From Candidatus Latescibacterota bacterium (GTDB lineage: Bacteria; Latescibacterota; UBA2968; UBA8231), in the NCBI GenBank assembly GCA_965261395.1, contig OZ253462.1, positions 4,864,001-4,928,000 on the forward strand: a DNA stretch of 64,000 nt. The letters are read 5' to 3'. The notes under the pieces are model-generated. The model was not told the DNA's origin. It did not search any database and saw only the letters and a program-made list of their open reading frames with translations. The position numbers and the translations under genes were made by a program. Numbering within the stretch: the stretch's first letter is position 1; the number at the start of each line of letters is the position of its first letter. Shown one piece after another: positions 29,743 to 41,194 of this stretch.

Positions 29743-30788
29743 ATGCGCGCGGTGATCCTTCGATCTGGAATCCTCCTAACATTGGCGGCACTTGGAACCT
29801 CTGCGGCGACGGCACAGACCGAACTCTTCTTTGCCACCGGCGTCGATAGCACCGGCTGGGCGCAGGCGCAAAGCAATGCCGACGGCCACGTGCTGATCGA
29901 GTCGTTGGAGTATCCGCGCGGCCTGTGGCTGCACTTGGTCGATGAAGCAGGGGATGCGCTGGCTGGCCTTCAGGTCGAATACCAAGGCCGACCCGACGGC
30001 TTGGTGGCGATTCGCTGCGTCGATCCAGCCAGCGGCGTGCGGGAGACGTTGGTTTGGACCCGGCCCGATGGTACCCCCTTGAGCTTGACGCTGAAGTCCA
30101 GCGAATCGACCGACTTGCCAGCGGGACTCGCCCCCATTAACTGGCAAATCGATCCGAGCGCTGAATTTCTGCTGAAGCCGGTGGAGGAGACCCGGCTGAT
30201 CGGCAGGGGGGCCGTAGCGACGTTTTTGCAGAAGCACTGGCAGCACCAGACCAAGCGAGTCGTCGTGCAGATCAAGTCAAGTGCCCCCGTTACCAACGTG
30301 GCGGTTGAAAGGAGTCGGGCCATAGGGACGCTGATGGCACACCTGCAACAGACGTATCGGCCAGCAGGCACCTCGATCAGAAGAAGAACCGAATTCTACA
30401 TACAAGTATTTAGGATCGGCCCTGATGCTTCTTTACAGGAAGGCGTGATCCTCTATCTCCTCTTGTTCGCGGATGCCAATCTGGAGCTCGTGGTGCGGAA
30501 GGCGCTGGGCCGACCCCAAGTCCGTCTTACATCACTGACACCAGAGGACGTCGCTTCCCAGACTAGGCTCTGGGCCAACGATAAATACATTCATAGCTTG
30601 GCAGGTATCGAGCATCTTACTCCCCTGCAAACTCTGGATTTGAGCAGCAACCGGATTGTCGATCTGACCCCCCAACTAACCTGACCAACCTGCGAAAGCT
30701 ATGGATCAAGGACAACCCCCTCAGCGACCAAGCCCGAAAGGAACAGATCCCCGCCCTAAAATCAAGAGGCGTCACCGTCTACTACTAA
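29743..30788 (+). pseudogene. class-B LRR gene with a frameshift in a C-run (~30668-30673) and a cap deletion
   Basis: Frame stops at 30684; another frame continues LTNLRKLWIKDN|PLSDQARKEQIPALKSRGVTVYY*. Confidence 0.75.
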
Positions 30789-30834
30789 CCCGCCACCGCC
30801 CACACCCGTCCCTCTTCAGCGAAAGGACCCCACC

Positions 30835-33141
30835 ATGAAAGCCCAACTCACCCTCATCCTCGCCCTGCTGGCCCCTCTCCCCGCCCTCAGCATCGGCTAC
30901 GTGTACACCGGCGTGGGCGACGACGGCCGCCAGCACCTCGAACTGACCTCGGTCACCGTTGATGTGCAAATCGACGAGCGCATCGCCCGCACGCGCACCG
31001 ATCAGATCTTCACCAACCACGCCGAATGGGAGGTGGAAGGCATCTACGAATTCACCCTGCCCGAAGGAGCGATCATCACCGATCTAGTGCTGTGGATCGG
31101 CGACAAGCAAATACAGGGGGAGGTCCTTGAAAAGGAAGAGGCGCGCCGCACGTACGACGATATTGTGGGCCGCCGCATCGACCCGGCTCTGATCGAGCAG
31201 GTGGCCCCCAACCAATTTCGCCTGAGCATCTTCCCCTTTCCGGCCCAAGGCAGCCGCCGCGTCGAATTCGAGTACATGCAGCTCCTCGAATCCCGTAGCG
31301 GCCGCCTCGACTACTCCTTCCCGCTGGCCCCTGAGACCGACCAGCCCCTGCAAATGGAGCTGTTCGTGCTGCGGGCACAGGTGCGAAGCCAGCACGCCTT
31401 TGAGGTGACGACCTCGGGGCTACCGCGACTCACCGAGATAGGCCGGCCCGACGCGCACCGCGCCAACATCTTCTTCGGCGACGAGCGGGTGAAGCCCCGG
31501 GAGGACTTCACCTTGACCATCCGCCAGACCGACGACCGGCCCAAGCCAAGCGTACTCAGCTTTGCGCCGCGAGCAAACGACGACCTAGGCTACTACGCCC
31601 TGTGGCTGCCGCCCCTGCCCGAGTTGACGCAAGGCGAACCCCTGCCGCGCAGCCTGACCTTTGTCATCGATATTTCATCGAGTATGCAGCAGGGCAAGCT
31701 CCAAGCCGTCAAAGGCGCACTCACCGCAGCGATCGACGGGCTGGATGCAGCGGACCTGTTCAACATTGTCGTCTTCACCCACCGGGCCGACTCCTTTGCC
31801 GCCGCCCCGGTGCCCGCCGATCCAGCCAACAAAAAGGCGGCCACCGCCTTTATCAACCAGCAGGACGCGCTCGGCGTGAGCAATTTTGAGGCAGGATTGG
31901 GCCGCGCCATGCAGCAGGCCTTTCCCGCCAACCGGGTCAACCACGTCATCTTCCTCACCGATGGCCTGCCCACCCTCGGCGAACTCGATCTGGAATCTTT
32001 GAGCGAGCTGGTCGGCGAGTGGTCCGCTGGCCAAGCGCGTCTTTTCACCATCGGCGTGGGTCTGGACGTGGACCAGGGTTTTTTGACTGGCTTGGCCGAA
32101 GAGCACCGAGGCGAGGCGTATTTCCTCTCGGAAGAAGGCGATATCGAGGCAGCGCTCCAAGAACTGTTTGAGTCCTTCACCTTTCCAGTCTTGCTGCTCG
32201 ACGAGTTGAGCTTCGACCAAGTGGAGATCCACGACGTCCACCCGCGCGGCGTGGAGGCCCTCGCCGCTGGCCGAGAACTGTTCCAAGTGGGCCGCTACCG
32301 AGGCGGCGGGACCTTCACGTTGGGCTTAACCGGGCACGTGGGGGAAGAGAGCGTGAGCGTGGACTTTCCGCTGGAGTTTACCCAGACCGATGTCTCGGGC
32401 GGATTGATTCCCCGGCTGTGGGCTTACCAAAAAATCCAAGCCCTCGAAGAGCAGATCGCCCGCTTCGGCGAGCAACAGGAACTGCTCGATGATATCTTAA
32501 GGCTGGGCTTAGACTACCAGCTAGTGACGCGGCGCACCTCGCTGTTTGCCCCCGACGACGGCGTCGAGGTCAACCCCGAACCGCGCGATGAGCTAGCGTT
32601 CGGCGACTTCGGCGACTCATTTGGCTCTACACCCGTCAACGACGCCCGCCCGACGACCCACTGGCTAGGCCGCGACTTCGCGCTAGAGGACGAAGTGTGG
32701 ATCGACCTAGCCTACCAGCCGGGTATGCCCAAGGAGCTGTATGAAGGCCGCACCTATCAGCCCGCCGAGCTAGCCAACTTTGCCCGGTTGGGCGAAGCCA
32801 TGCTAGTGGTGGTGGAAGAGCGGGCCTACGAGATCCGCGCCAACGCCCAAGGCAGCCGGCCGGTACTCCTGCAGAACGCCCCCAACCCCTTCAACGCCTC
32901 CACGACGATTTCCTTCCTGATACCGTTCCGCCTAGCGAACGAGGCGACTCGCCTGAGCATCTACAACTTAACGGGCCAGCTCGTGCGCGTAATACAGGCT
33001 GACACGCAGCAGGCCGGTGAGCACAGCCTGAGTTGGGACGGCCGCGACGACTACGGCCGCGAAGTGGCGAGCGGGGTGTACATCTATCGGCTGGATGTGG
33101 GCGAGTGGGCCGTGCATCGGCGCATGTTGCTGCTGCGCTGA
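30835..33141 (+). CDS. VIT + vWA domain protein with C-terminal FlgD-Ig/T9SS-like domain
   Basis: VIT (EGIYEFTLPEGA...DPALIEQ), MIDAS DISSSM...LTDG, and QNAPNPFNAST...ASGVYIYRL. Confidence 0.9.
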   Translation: MKAQLTLILALLAPLPALSIGYVYTGVGDDGRQHLELTSVTVDVQIDERIARTRTDQIFTNHAEWEVEGIYEFTLPEGAIITDLVLWIGDKQIQGEVLEKEEARRTYDDIVGRRIDPALIEQVAPNQFRLSIFPFPAQGSRRVEFEYMQLLESRSGRLDYSFPLAPETDQPLQMELFVLRAQVRSQHAFEVTTSGLPRLTEIGRPDAHRANIFFGDERVKPREDFTLTIRQTDDRPKPSVLSFAPRANDDLGYYALWLPPLPELTQGEPLPRSLTFVIDISSSMQQGKLQAVKGALTAAIDGLDAADLFNIVVFTHRADSFAAAPVPADPANKKAATAFINQQDALGVSNFEAGLGRAMQQAFPANRVNHVIFLTDGLPTLGELDLESLSELVGEWSAGQARLFTIGVGLDVDQGFLTGLAEEHRGEAYFLSEEGDIEAALQELFESFTFPVLLLDELSFDQVEIHDVHPRGVEALAAGRELFQVGRYRGGGTFTLGLTGHVGEESVSVDFPLEFTQTDVSGGLIPRLWAYQKIQALEEQIARFGEQQELLDDILRLGLDYQLVTRRTSLFAPDDGVEVNPEPRDELAFGDFGDSFGSTPVNDARPTTHWLGRDFALEDEVWIDLAYQPGMPKELYEGRTYQPAELANFARLGEAMLVVVEERAYEIRANAQGSRPVLLQNAPNPFNASTTISFLIPFRLANEATRLSIYNLTGQLVRVIQADTQQAGEHSLSWDGRDDYGREVASGVYIYRLDVGEWAVHRRMLLLR

Positions 33142-33184
33142 GAGCCGTCTGCAAACCTAACCTAGCGATTGCGAAGTAAGCGCG

Positions 33185-33223
33185 AAAAAGCGCCCGATGC
33201 TGGCGGAGCATCGGGCGCTTTTT
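33185..33223. terminator. bidirectional intrinsic terminator
   Basis: AAAAAGCGCCCGATGCT-ggcgg-AGCATCGGGCGCTTTTT between convergent genes. Confidence 0.9.
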
Positions 33224-33251
33224 ACTGGATTCTGTCTTAGGCGGAGTTGGT

Positions 33252-34001
33252 TTAGTGCTCTTTGATGCTGCCCACCTGGATCTCGATGTCCTCGCGGTTG
33301 GCTACCCGCTCTAGCCGCCCATCGCGGATCCAGGCCATGCGGTCAGCGGCCGTGAGCATTTTGTCGTCGTGGGTCACGGTAATGATCGTCGTCCCCATCT
33401 CCTGTTGCAGGCTCTTCATGTAGTTGATGATCTCTTGACCCGTATTGCTGTCGAGGTTGCCGGTCGGCTCGTCGGCGAGGATGATGCGCGGCTTGTTGAC
33501 AAAAGCGCGGGCAATGGCTACGCGCTGCTGCTGACCACCCGACAGCTCGGAGGGGATGTGGTGGGCCCTGTCGTCTAGGCCGACGATCTTCAAACATTCC
33601 ATAGCCCGCCTTTCGCCCTCGGCCGTGGTCATGCCAGCAAACACGGTGGGCAGCGACACGTTCATCAGCGCGCTCATCACCGGCAGGAGATTGTAGGTCT
33701 GAAAAATGTAACCCAGCTCAAAGCAGCGCACCGCCGCTAGCTGCTGTGTGTTGAGCGTGGCCAGATTGACGCCTTCGATGAGCACCTCGCCGCCGGTGGG
33801 CGTCTGCAGGGCGCCGATCATGTTGAAAAGCGTACTCTTCCCCGACCCAGAAGGCCCCATAATGGCAAAAAACTCGTTTTCGTACACCTGCACGCTCAAA
33901 CCGCGCAGCGCGTGCACATGGGTCGATTCGTCGCGGTTTTTGGAATTGTAAATCATCTTGACGCCTTGGACGTCGACGATTACATCGCGGCCATTTGACA
34001 T
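33252..34001 (-). CDS. ABC transporter ATP-binding protein (LolD/MacB family)
   Basis: [32 protein letters not shown] and VTHD motifs. Confidence 0.9.
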   Translation of the reverse strand: MSNGRDVIVDVQGVKMIYNSKNRDESTHVHALRGLSVQVYENEFFAIMGPSGSGKSTLFNMIGALQTPTGGEVLIEGVNLATLNTQQLAAVRCFELGYIFQTYNLLPVMSALMNVSLPTVFAGMTTAEGERRAMECLKIVGLDDRAHHIPSELSGGQQQRVAIARAFVNKPRIILADEPTGNLDSNTGQEIINYMKSLQQEMGTTIITVTHDDKMLTAADRMAWIRDGRLERVANREDIEIQVGSIKEH

Positions 34002-34043
34002 AATGTACTCCTACATTTGATGTTGCTGCTCTAAGAACGGATC

Positions 34044-34072
34044 AATGTAAAATGGACAACGCCGCAGGTCAA
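34044..34072 (-). promoter_or_regulatory. putative sigma70 promoter
   Basis: TTGACC-N17-TACATT. Confidence 0.5.
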
Positions 34073-34089
34073 ATTTAGCGACGCGGCTT

Positions 34090-36084
<1,995 letters not shown>

Positions 36085-36106
36085 GCATCCTCCTTGCTAG
36101 GCGGCC

Positions 36107-36135
36107 AATCTAGCCGGATGGCAGTACCCTGTCAA
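36107..36135 (-). promoter_or_regulatory. sigma70 promoter of uvrB
   Basis: TTGACA-N17-TAGATT. Confidence 0.6.
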
Positions 36136-36154
36136 TATGCCGCTTTCATACTAA

Positions 36155-36293
36155 TGACACGATAACACAAATCGCCGCCATCATGTCACCATCAACTGAT
36201 TTGCAAATTGCTCATTTATTGCCGTATTTTATTGTAAAACATTGTAAAACAATATGTTATTTGTATTTGGTAAGTCGCGGCACGTATCTTGCT
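36155..36293 (+). promoter_or_regulatory. sigma54-type promoter (-24/-12) with upstream palindromic UAS and AT-rich spacer
   Basis: CGGCACGTATCTTGCT at 36278-36293; TGACACGAT-N16-ATCATGTCA at 36155-36188. Confidence 0.6.
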
Positions 36294-36325
36294 TTTATGA
36301 AAGGAATAGATAAAAGGAACTTACC

Positions 36326-36580
36326 ATGAGAGTGCATGAGTTCACACTCGTTTTAACAGCCGATCCCAACGAAGAAGAATCGGCTCAACTCTACAGCATC
36401 TTCGATGACGGTACGATTGTCACTATGGCTGGTGTGCCGCAAATTCACTTTCACCGAGAGGCACCGTCGTTAGAGGACGCCATCGCTTCTGCGGTGGCGC
36501 ATGTCAGAAAAGCAGGATTTGATGTAGCCCGCGTGGAAATCGAACCGCGAAATCGAGCGCGATCACGTAGTGATGCTTGA
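36326..36580 (+). CDS. small hypothetical protein, HicB-like fold (FHREAPSLEDAIASA)
   Basis: AAGGA RBS; 84 aa; lies directly before hicA. Confidence 0.6.
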   Translation: MRVHEFTLVLTADPNEEESAQLYSIFDDGTIVTMAGVPQIHFHREAPSLEDAIASAVAHVRKAGFDVARVEIEPRNRARSRSDA

Positions 36581-36583
36581 CTT

Positions 36584-36772
36584 ATGAAGGTCCGAGAAGT
36601 GGTGCGAATGCTCGAAAGGGACGGCTGGTACCAAGCTAGGATGCGTGGAAGTCATCGGCAATTCAAGCACTCCGCCAAGCGAGAGCTGATAACGGTACCC
36701 GGACGTTTAGGCGACGATCTGGCTATTGGTACTTTTAACAGCATATTGAAGAAAGCAGGGCTAAAGGAATGA
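36584..36772 (+). CDS. hicA: HicA/YcfA toxin
   Basis: LERDGW...RGSHRQFKH...TVPG...DLAIGT..SILKKAGL. Confidence 0.9.
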   Translation: MKVREVVRMLERDGWYQARMRGSHRQFKHSAKRELITVPGRLGDDLAIGTFNSILKKAGLKE

Positions 36773-36981
36773 AATACCTAATCGTCGTGGAAAAGACCGA
36801 GACCGGCTTCTCGGCGTACTCGCCGGATCTCTTAGGTTGTGTGGCGACAGGTGCCACGGAAGAAGAAACCGAAGCAAATATGAAGGAAGCAATCGCGTTT
36901 CACGTCGAGGGCCTGAAGCAGGAAGGATTCCCTGTACCTCAGCCCTCTACGAAGTCCGCTTACATTGAAGTCGCGGCATAA
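36769..36981 (+). CDS. hicB: HicB antitoxin
   Basis: YLIVVEKTETGFSAYSPDL.GCVATG.T.EE; ATGA overlap with hicA. Confidence 0.9.
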   Translation: MKYLIVVEKTETGFSAYSPDLLGCVATGATEEETEANMKEAIAFHVEGLKQEGFPVPQPSTKSAYIEVAA

Positions 36982-37041
36982 GGTACGGCTAGCACTAGTA
37001 ACTTCACTAACCAACACCTCAATTCTCGAAAGGAAAAAACA

Positions 37042-38961
37042 ATGGCTAAAGTCATCGGCATCGACTTAGGCACCACCAACTCGTGCGTGGCCGTCATCGA
37101 AGGCCAAGACGCGGAGGTCATCGCCAACTCCGAAGGGGGCCGCACCACGCCCTCCATGGTCGCCTTCACCAAAGACGGCGAGCGCCTCGTCGGCCAGACC
37201 GCCAAGCGCCAGGCCGTCACCAACCCGCAAAACACGGTCTATTCGATCAAGCGCTTCATGGGCCGCCGCTACGGCGAAGTCGCCAACGAAATCAGCGAAG
37301 TCCCCTACGAAGTGGCCCCAAGTGGCCGCGACATGGCCGTGGCCAAGATCGATGGTAAGGAACACACGCCACCGGAAATCTCGGCCATGATTTTGCAAAA
37401 GATGAAGCAGACGGCCGAAGACTATCTGGGTGAGGAAGTGCAACAAGCCGTCGTCACCGTCCCGGCGTATTTCAACGACGCCCAACGCCAAGCCACCAAG
37501 GACGCGGGCACCATCGCCGGCTTGGAGGTCTTGCGCATCGTCAACGAGCCGACCGCCGCGGCGCTGGCCTACGGCTTAGACAAGGGCGGCACCAACGAGC
37601 AGATCGCCGTGTATGACCTCGGCGGCGGCACCTTTGACATTTCGATTTTGGAATTGGGCGACGGGGTCTTTGAGGTCAAATCCACCAACGGCGACACCCA
37701 CCTTGGCGGCGACGACTTCGACCAGCAGATCATCAACTGGCTCGCCGAGGAATTTCAAAAGAACGAGGGCATTGACCTGCGCCGCGACCCCATGGCCCTG
37801 CAACGGCTCAAAGAAGCGGCTGAAAAGGCCAAGATCGAGCTGTCGTCCTCCACTTCGACCGAAATCAATCTGCCGTTTATCACCGCCGATCAAACGGGCC
37901 CGAAGCACTTGCAAATCAGCCTGTCTCGCGCCCAGTTTGAGCGCTTGGTTGACGACCTAGTTGAGCGCACCAAGGGTCCCTGCCAGCAGGCCCTCGCCGA
38001 CGCTGAATTGCAAGCCAGCGAAATCGACCAAGTGATTTTGGTCGGCGGCTCGACGCGCATCCCCAAAATCCAAGAGACCATCCAAGCCCTCTTTAACCAA
38101 GAGCCCAACCGCAGCGTCAACCCCGACGAGGTGGTGGCCTTGGGCGCGGCCATCCAAGCCGGCGTCCTCGCCGGCCACGTCGACGATGTCCTGCTGCTCG
38201 ACGTAACGCCGCTGTCGCTGGGGATCGAAACCATGGGCGGGGTGATGACGCGGCTAATCGACCGCAACACCACCATCCCCACCAAGAAGAGCCAGATCTT
38301 TTCCACCGCCTCAGACAGCCAGCCTTCGGTGGAAGTCCACGTGCTGCAAGGCGAGCGCGAGTTTGCCAACGACAACCGCACCCTCGGCCGCTTCCACCTC
38401 GACGGTATCCCCTCGGCCCCGCGCGGCATGCCCCAGATCGAGGTAACCTTCGATATCGACGCCAACGGCATCCTCAACGTCGGGGCCAAGGATAAGGGCA
38501 CCAGCAAGGAGCAATCCATCCGCATTGAGTCGTCCTCGGGCTTGAGCCAAGAGGAAATCGACACCATGCAGAAGGACGCCGAGGCCCACGCCGATGAGGA
38601 CAAAATGCGCCGCGAAGCCGTCGATCTCCGCAACGAGGCCGACCAGCTAATCTACGCGACGGAAAAATCACTCGCCGAGTACGGCGACAAGCTGGCCGAA
38701 GCCGACAAGAAAGGCGTTGAGGACGCAGTCGCCGCGCTCAAGGAAGCGCTCGAAGGCACGGACGACGAGACCATCACACAGGCCATGACCGCGCTGCAAC
38801 AGGCGTCGCACAAGCTGGCGGAGGAAATGTACAAGGACGCCCAAGCCGAACAGGCCCAGGGCGAGCCAGCGCCGGAAGGTGCCGCTGATCAGCCGCAAGG
38901 AGGCGGGGAGGCGGAGCCAGTGGACGCGGACTTTAAGGTTGTTGACGAAGACAAGAAGTAA
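37042..38961 (+). CDS. dnaK: chaperone DnaK (Hsp70)
   Basis: [24 protein letters not shown] and VTFDIDANG motifs. Confidence 0.98.
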   Translation: MAKVIGIDLGTTNSCVAVIEGQDAEVIANSEGGRTTPSMVAFTKDGERLVGQTAKRQAVTNPQNTVYSIKRFMGRRYGEVANEISEVPYEVAPSGRDMAVAKIDGKEHTPPEISAMILQKMKQTAEDYLGEEVQQAVVTVPAYFNDAQRQATKDAGTIAGLEVLRIVNEPTAAALAYGLDKGGTNEQIAVYDLGGGTFDISILELGDGVFEVKSTNGDTHLGGDDFDQQIINWLAEEFQKNEGIDLRRDPMALQRLKEAAEKAKIELSSSTSTEINLPFITADQTGPKHLQISLSRAQFERLVDDLVERTKGPCQQALADAELQASEIDQVILVGGSTRIPKIQETIQALFNQEPNRSVNPDEVVALGAAIQAGVLAGHVDDVLLLDVTPLSLGIETMGGVMTRLIDRNTTIPTKKSQIFSTASDSQPSVEVHVLQGEREFANDNRTLGRFHLDGIPSAPRGMPQIEVTFDIDANGILNVGAKDKGTSKEQSIRIESSSGLSQEEIDTMQKDAEAHADEDKMRREAVDLRNEADQLIYATEKSLAEYGDKLAEADKKGVEDAVAALKEALEGTDDETITQAMTALQQASHKLAEEMYKDAQAEQAQGEPAPEGAADQPQGGGEAEPVDADFKVVDEDKK

Positions 38962-38986
38962 GGCGCGTTAAATACGCGACGCCATC

Positions 38987-39053
38987 GTAGGGGCACCCCT
39001 TGTGACATTTGTTCCAACTATTGGTCCGGAACAGATGCCCTTGTGGGTGCCCT
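38987..39053. repeat. GTAG-type REP-like palindrome interrupted by a 33-bp mini inverted-repeat insertion
   Basis: GTAGGGGCACCCCTTGTG[...]CCCTTGTGGGTGCCCT; CCCTTGTG duplicated. Confidence 0.6.
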
Positions 39054-39116
39054 ATTGCTTTGGGGGTGAAGTCAGGAATCTCTCTGCGCTGGAACACTTG
39101 GTATGAATCGTTACAC

Positions 39117-39615
39117 CTAGAGCACCTTCAGTACGTCGTCTCCTAGGGCACGCGCCAGATTCCTGGGTTGATTGCAGCGTGCCGTCTTGATGGTCAATTG
39201 GCGGCCGCGGAAGCGAACCTTGGTGCGGTTGAGCGTCTTGCGTTGCTTCGGGTGAATGCTCTTACCATGGAACAGGACCGGGTGGCAGATGGACCTGAAG
39301 GCGCTCGGCGCAAAGCGCTCGGCAAATTCCGCACCCCGTTGCAATTGCGCGGACACCTCCGATGCATCGACACCGCCGCTTTTGAGTTCCATCGGAACCG
39401 CGAAGAGAGTGTTTTTGGCAGCACTTATAAAGAAGAGAACGATAGTCACATCGTTTACCTTCCATTCTGTGAGCCGGGAATGCCCGGTCCGCGTCTGCCA
39501 CGACTCGACGGGACGGCACATCCTCCATGGACATCCGGCACCCGTCTCGTATGTACGAATCGCTGAGGTTTTCTGCTCCCACTTGTGACCGGATTCCGTC
39601 GAGAACCTCATTCAT
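39117..39615 (-). pseudogene. frameshifted small PD-(D/E)XK-like nuclease
   Basis: MNEVLDGIR...EGKRCDY, then +1 shift to VLFFIS...VPMELKSG...QLQRG; start overlaps the AAA stop. Confidence 0.6.
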
Positions 39616-41194
39616 GTTCGCGTTCCGCCTCGTCCGCCGTTTCCTCGAATCGGTTTTGCAGGTTTGCTGAACGGTTGTAAAGTTCTTCAGCGACATCTTC
39701 ATAATCAGGAGGCTCCACGCCTTCGCTGCGGTCGAATGGGACTTCCTCCACTATTGAGCCCGCTGACGTTCCATCCTTGCGGAACAACCAGATTCCCACC
39801 TCGCTTGGCCGGAGCGAAATCGGAAGGGATTCTTCGCTCGTGGGCTCACCTGTCTTTTCTCCCAACTCCCCCTCCCGCATCAGGTTTCCGATCTCCTTGA
39901 GCAACCAGTCGCTGTGCGTCGTGACCACCACCCGGACCCCGGCGCGAACCATGCGGGCCAAGATCACCGCTATCTGGGTCTGGGCAGCGGGATGCAGATG
40001 AGCTTCGGGCTCCTCGATGATGAGCATATCGCCACGGCTGATGGTTCCGCGTAGAAACAGCACAACGGGAGCGAGTTCGGACACCATGGACGAAGCACGA
40101 GTCAGGCGAATGTCCTCTTCCGTTTCCTGTGGTCGGTACACAAATTCCGGATATCCTCCCGATGGAGACATCTTGGCCTGTATCTGCCCGGCAAGGGTCT
40201 CGCGTTCCAGTGCGTCGGCGAGTGCGTTCATCGGCCTGTTAGTCGCTCGGCTCTCTTCGTAGAGGATGAGCCGCTGCATGAAATCGGCCATCACGCCTGA
40301 AAGCGTCGGAAGCTCCGGGAAGCGTTCCAGTCCCCCGCGGGTGGAGCGTGCCACGAGGGAGCTAGCGATAACGCGGTGGCTCTGCATGATGCCGCTGCGG
40401 GCGGCCGGCAGGTAATGAGTCTCACCCCGCCCGCTAACAATGGGGGCTGTGTACAAGAGTACTTCAAATAGATACCAAAAACTCAGTGAGGGTTCGATTC
40501 CCCGTAACTCTTTGAGGGGTTCGATTCCCCGTAACTCTTTGATTAATCCTCGGAAATGGCTGAATAGCCGGCCGGGCATGAATTCCGAAGCCGACCACCC
40601 TTCGGGTAGGATGACCATGTCCTCGATTCGACCATCCGTGGTGACACCCGACTCCGAGATACCCATGCGGAAACGCCAGAGATCCCGATCTTCCTCGCCA
40701 ACAGCCAGCGAAACCTTCATGCTATCGGGGTGCCCGGACAATCGAACCAGATCGGAAACCGACTCGAGATCGAAACAGCGTTCGAGTTCAGTCTTTAGAT
40801 CCTCACCTAACAACCTGGGATCATCGAGAGCAGTCTGTGCTGCGTCGCGCACACTTTCGGGCAGGTCCGAGAACCTGAACTGCCGCCCCTCAGTTTCCAG
40901 CATTTCGAGAACATCCTCGAGTTCTTCCCGCACGTCAGCATCCGCCTCCGATTTATCATGTCGAGGACCTTGCCCAAAATAATGTAGGTGATACGGAAGC
41001 CGCGGAAATCCACCAAGGATTCGGTGCAACGCGTAGATCAAAATGGCGAAGTAGGTCTTGCCGGTGTTGCTCGGACCGACGAACACCGTCAGCGGCCGCA
41101 GATCTACGGTGCCGCTTGCGATGGGTCCAAAATTCGTTGCCGAAATCCGAACGTCAGGGTGTGCCGTGGTCGTGGGGTTCCTAGGTTTATTCAT
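39608..41194 (-). CDS. AAA_15/AAA_21 (AbiEii/OLD-like) ABC-type ATPase
   Basis: NFGPI, GPSNTGKT, YLPAARSG, ASSMVSELAP, IEEPEAHLHP and TTHS motifs. Confidence 0.9.
   Translation of the reverse strand: MNKPRNPTTTAHPDVRISATNFGPIASGTVDLRPLTVFVGPSNTGKTYFAILIYALHRILGGFPRLPYHLHYFGQGPRHDKSEADADVREELEDVLEMLETEGRQFRFSDLPESVRDAAQTALDDPRLLGEDLKTELERCFDLESVSDLVRLSGHPDSMKVSLAVGEEDRDLWRFRMGISESGVTTDGRIEDMVILPEGWSASEFMPGRLFSHFRGLIKELRGIEPLKELRGIEPSLSFWYLFEVLLYTAPIVSGRGETHYLPAARSGIMQSHRVIASSLVARSTRGGLERFPELPTLSGVMADFMQRLILYEESRATNRPMNALADALERETLAGQIQAKMSPSGGYPEFVYRPQETEEDIRLTRASSMVSELAPVVLFLRGTISRGDMLIIEEPEAHLHPAAQTQIAVILARMVRAGVRVVVTTHSDWLLKEIGNLMREGELGEKTGEPTSEESLPISLRPSEVGIWLFRKDGTSAGSIVEEVPFDRSEGVEPPDYEDVAEELYNRSANLQNRFEETADEAEREHE

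Noticed and set aside
17705-30788. CRISPR array or diversity-generating retroelement as the explanation for the periodic repeats
   Set aside because: The repeats are in-frame 66-bp LRR codons. There are no cas genes, no reverse transcriptase and no evident adenine-specific TR/VR pair in the window.
36982-37041. CIRCE or sigma32 element before dnaK
   Set aside because: TTAGCACTC-N9-GAGTGCTAA is absent; only a partial ctagcacta half-site is present.
40488-40530. tRNA T-arm-like GGTTCGATTCCCC, possible att site
   Set aside because: It lies within the AAA coding frame as part of a 27-bp duplication, with no cloverleaf around it.
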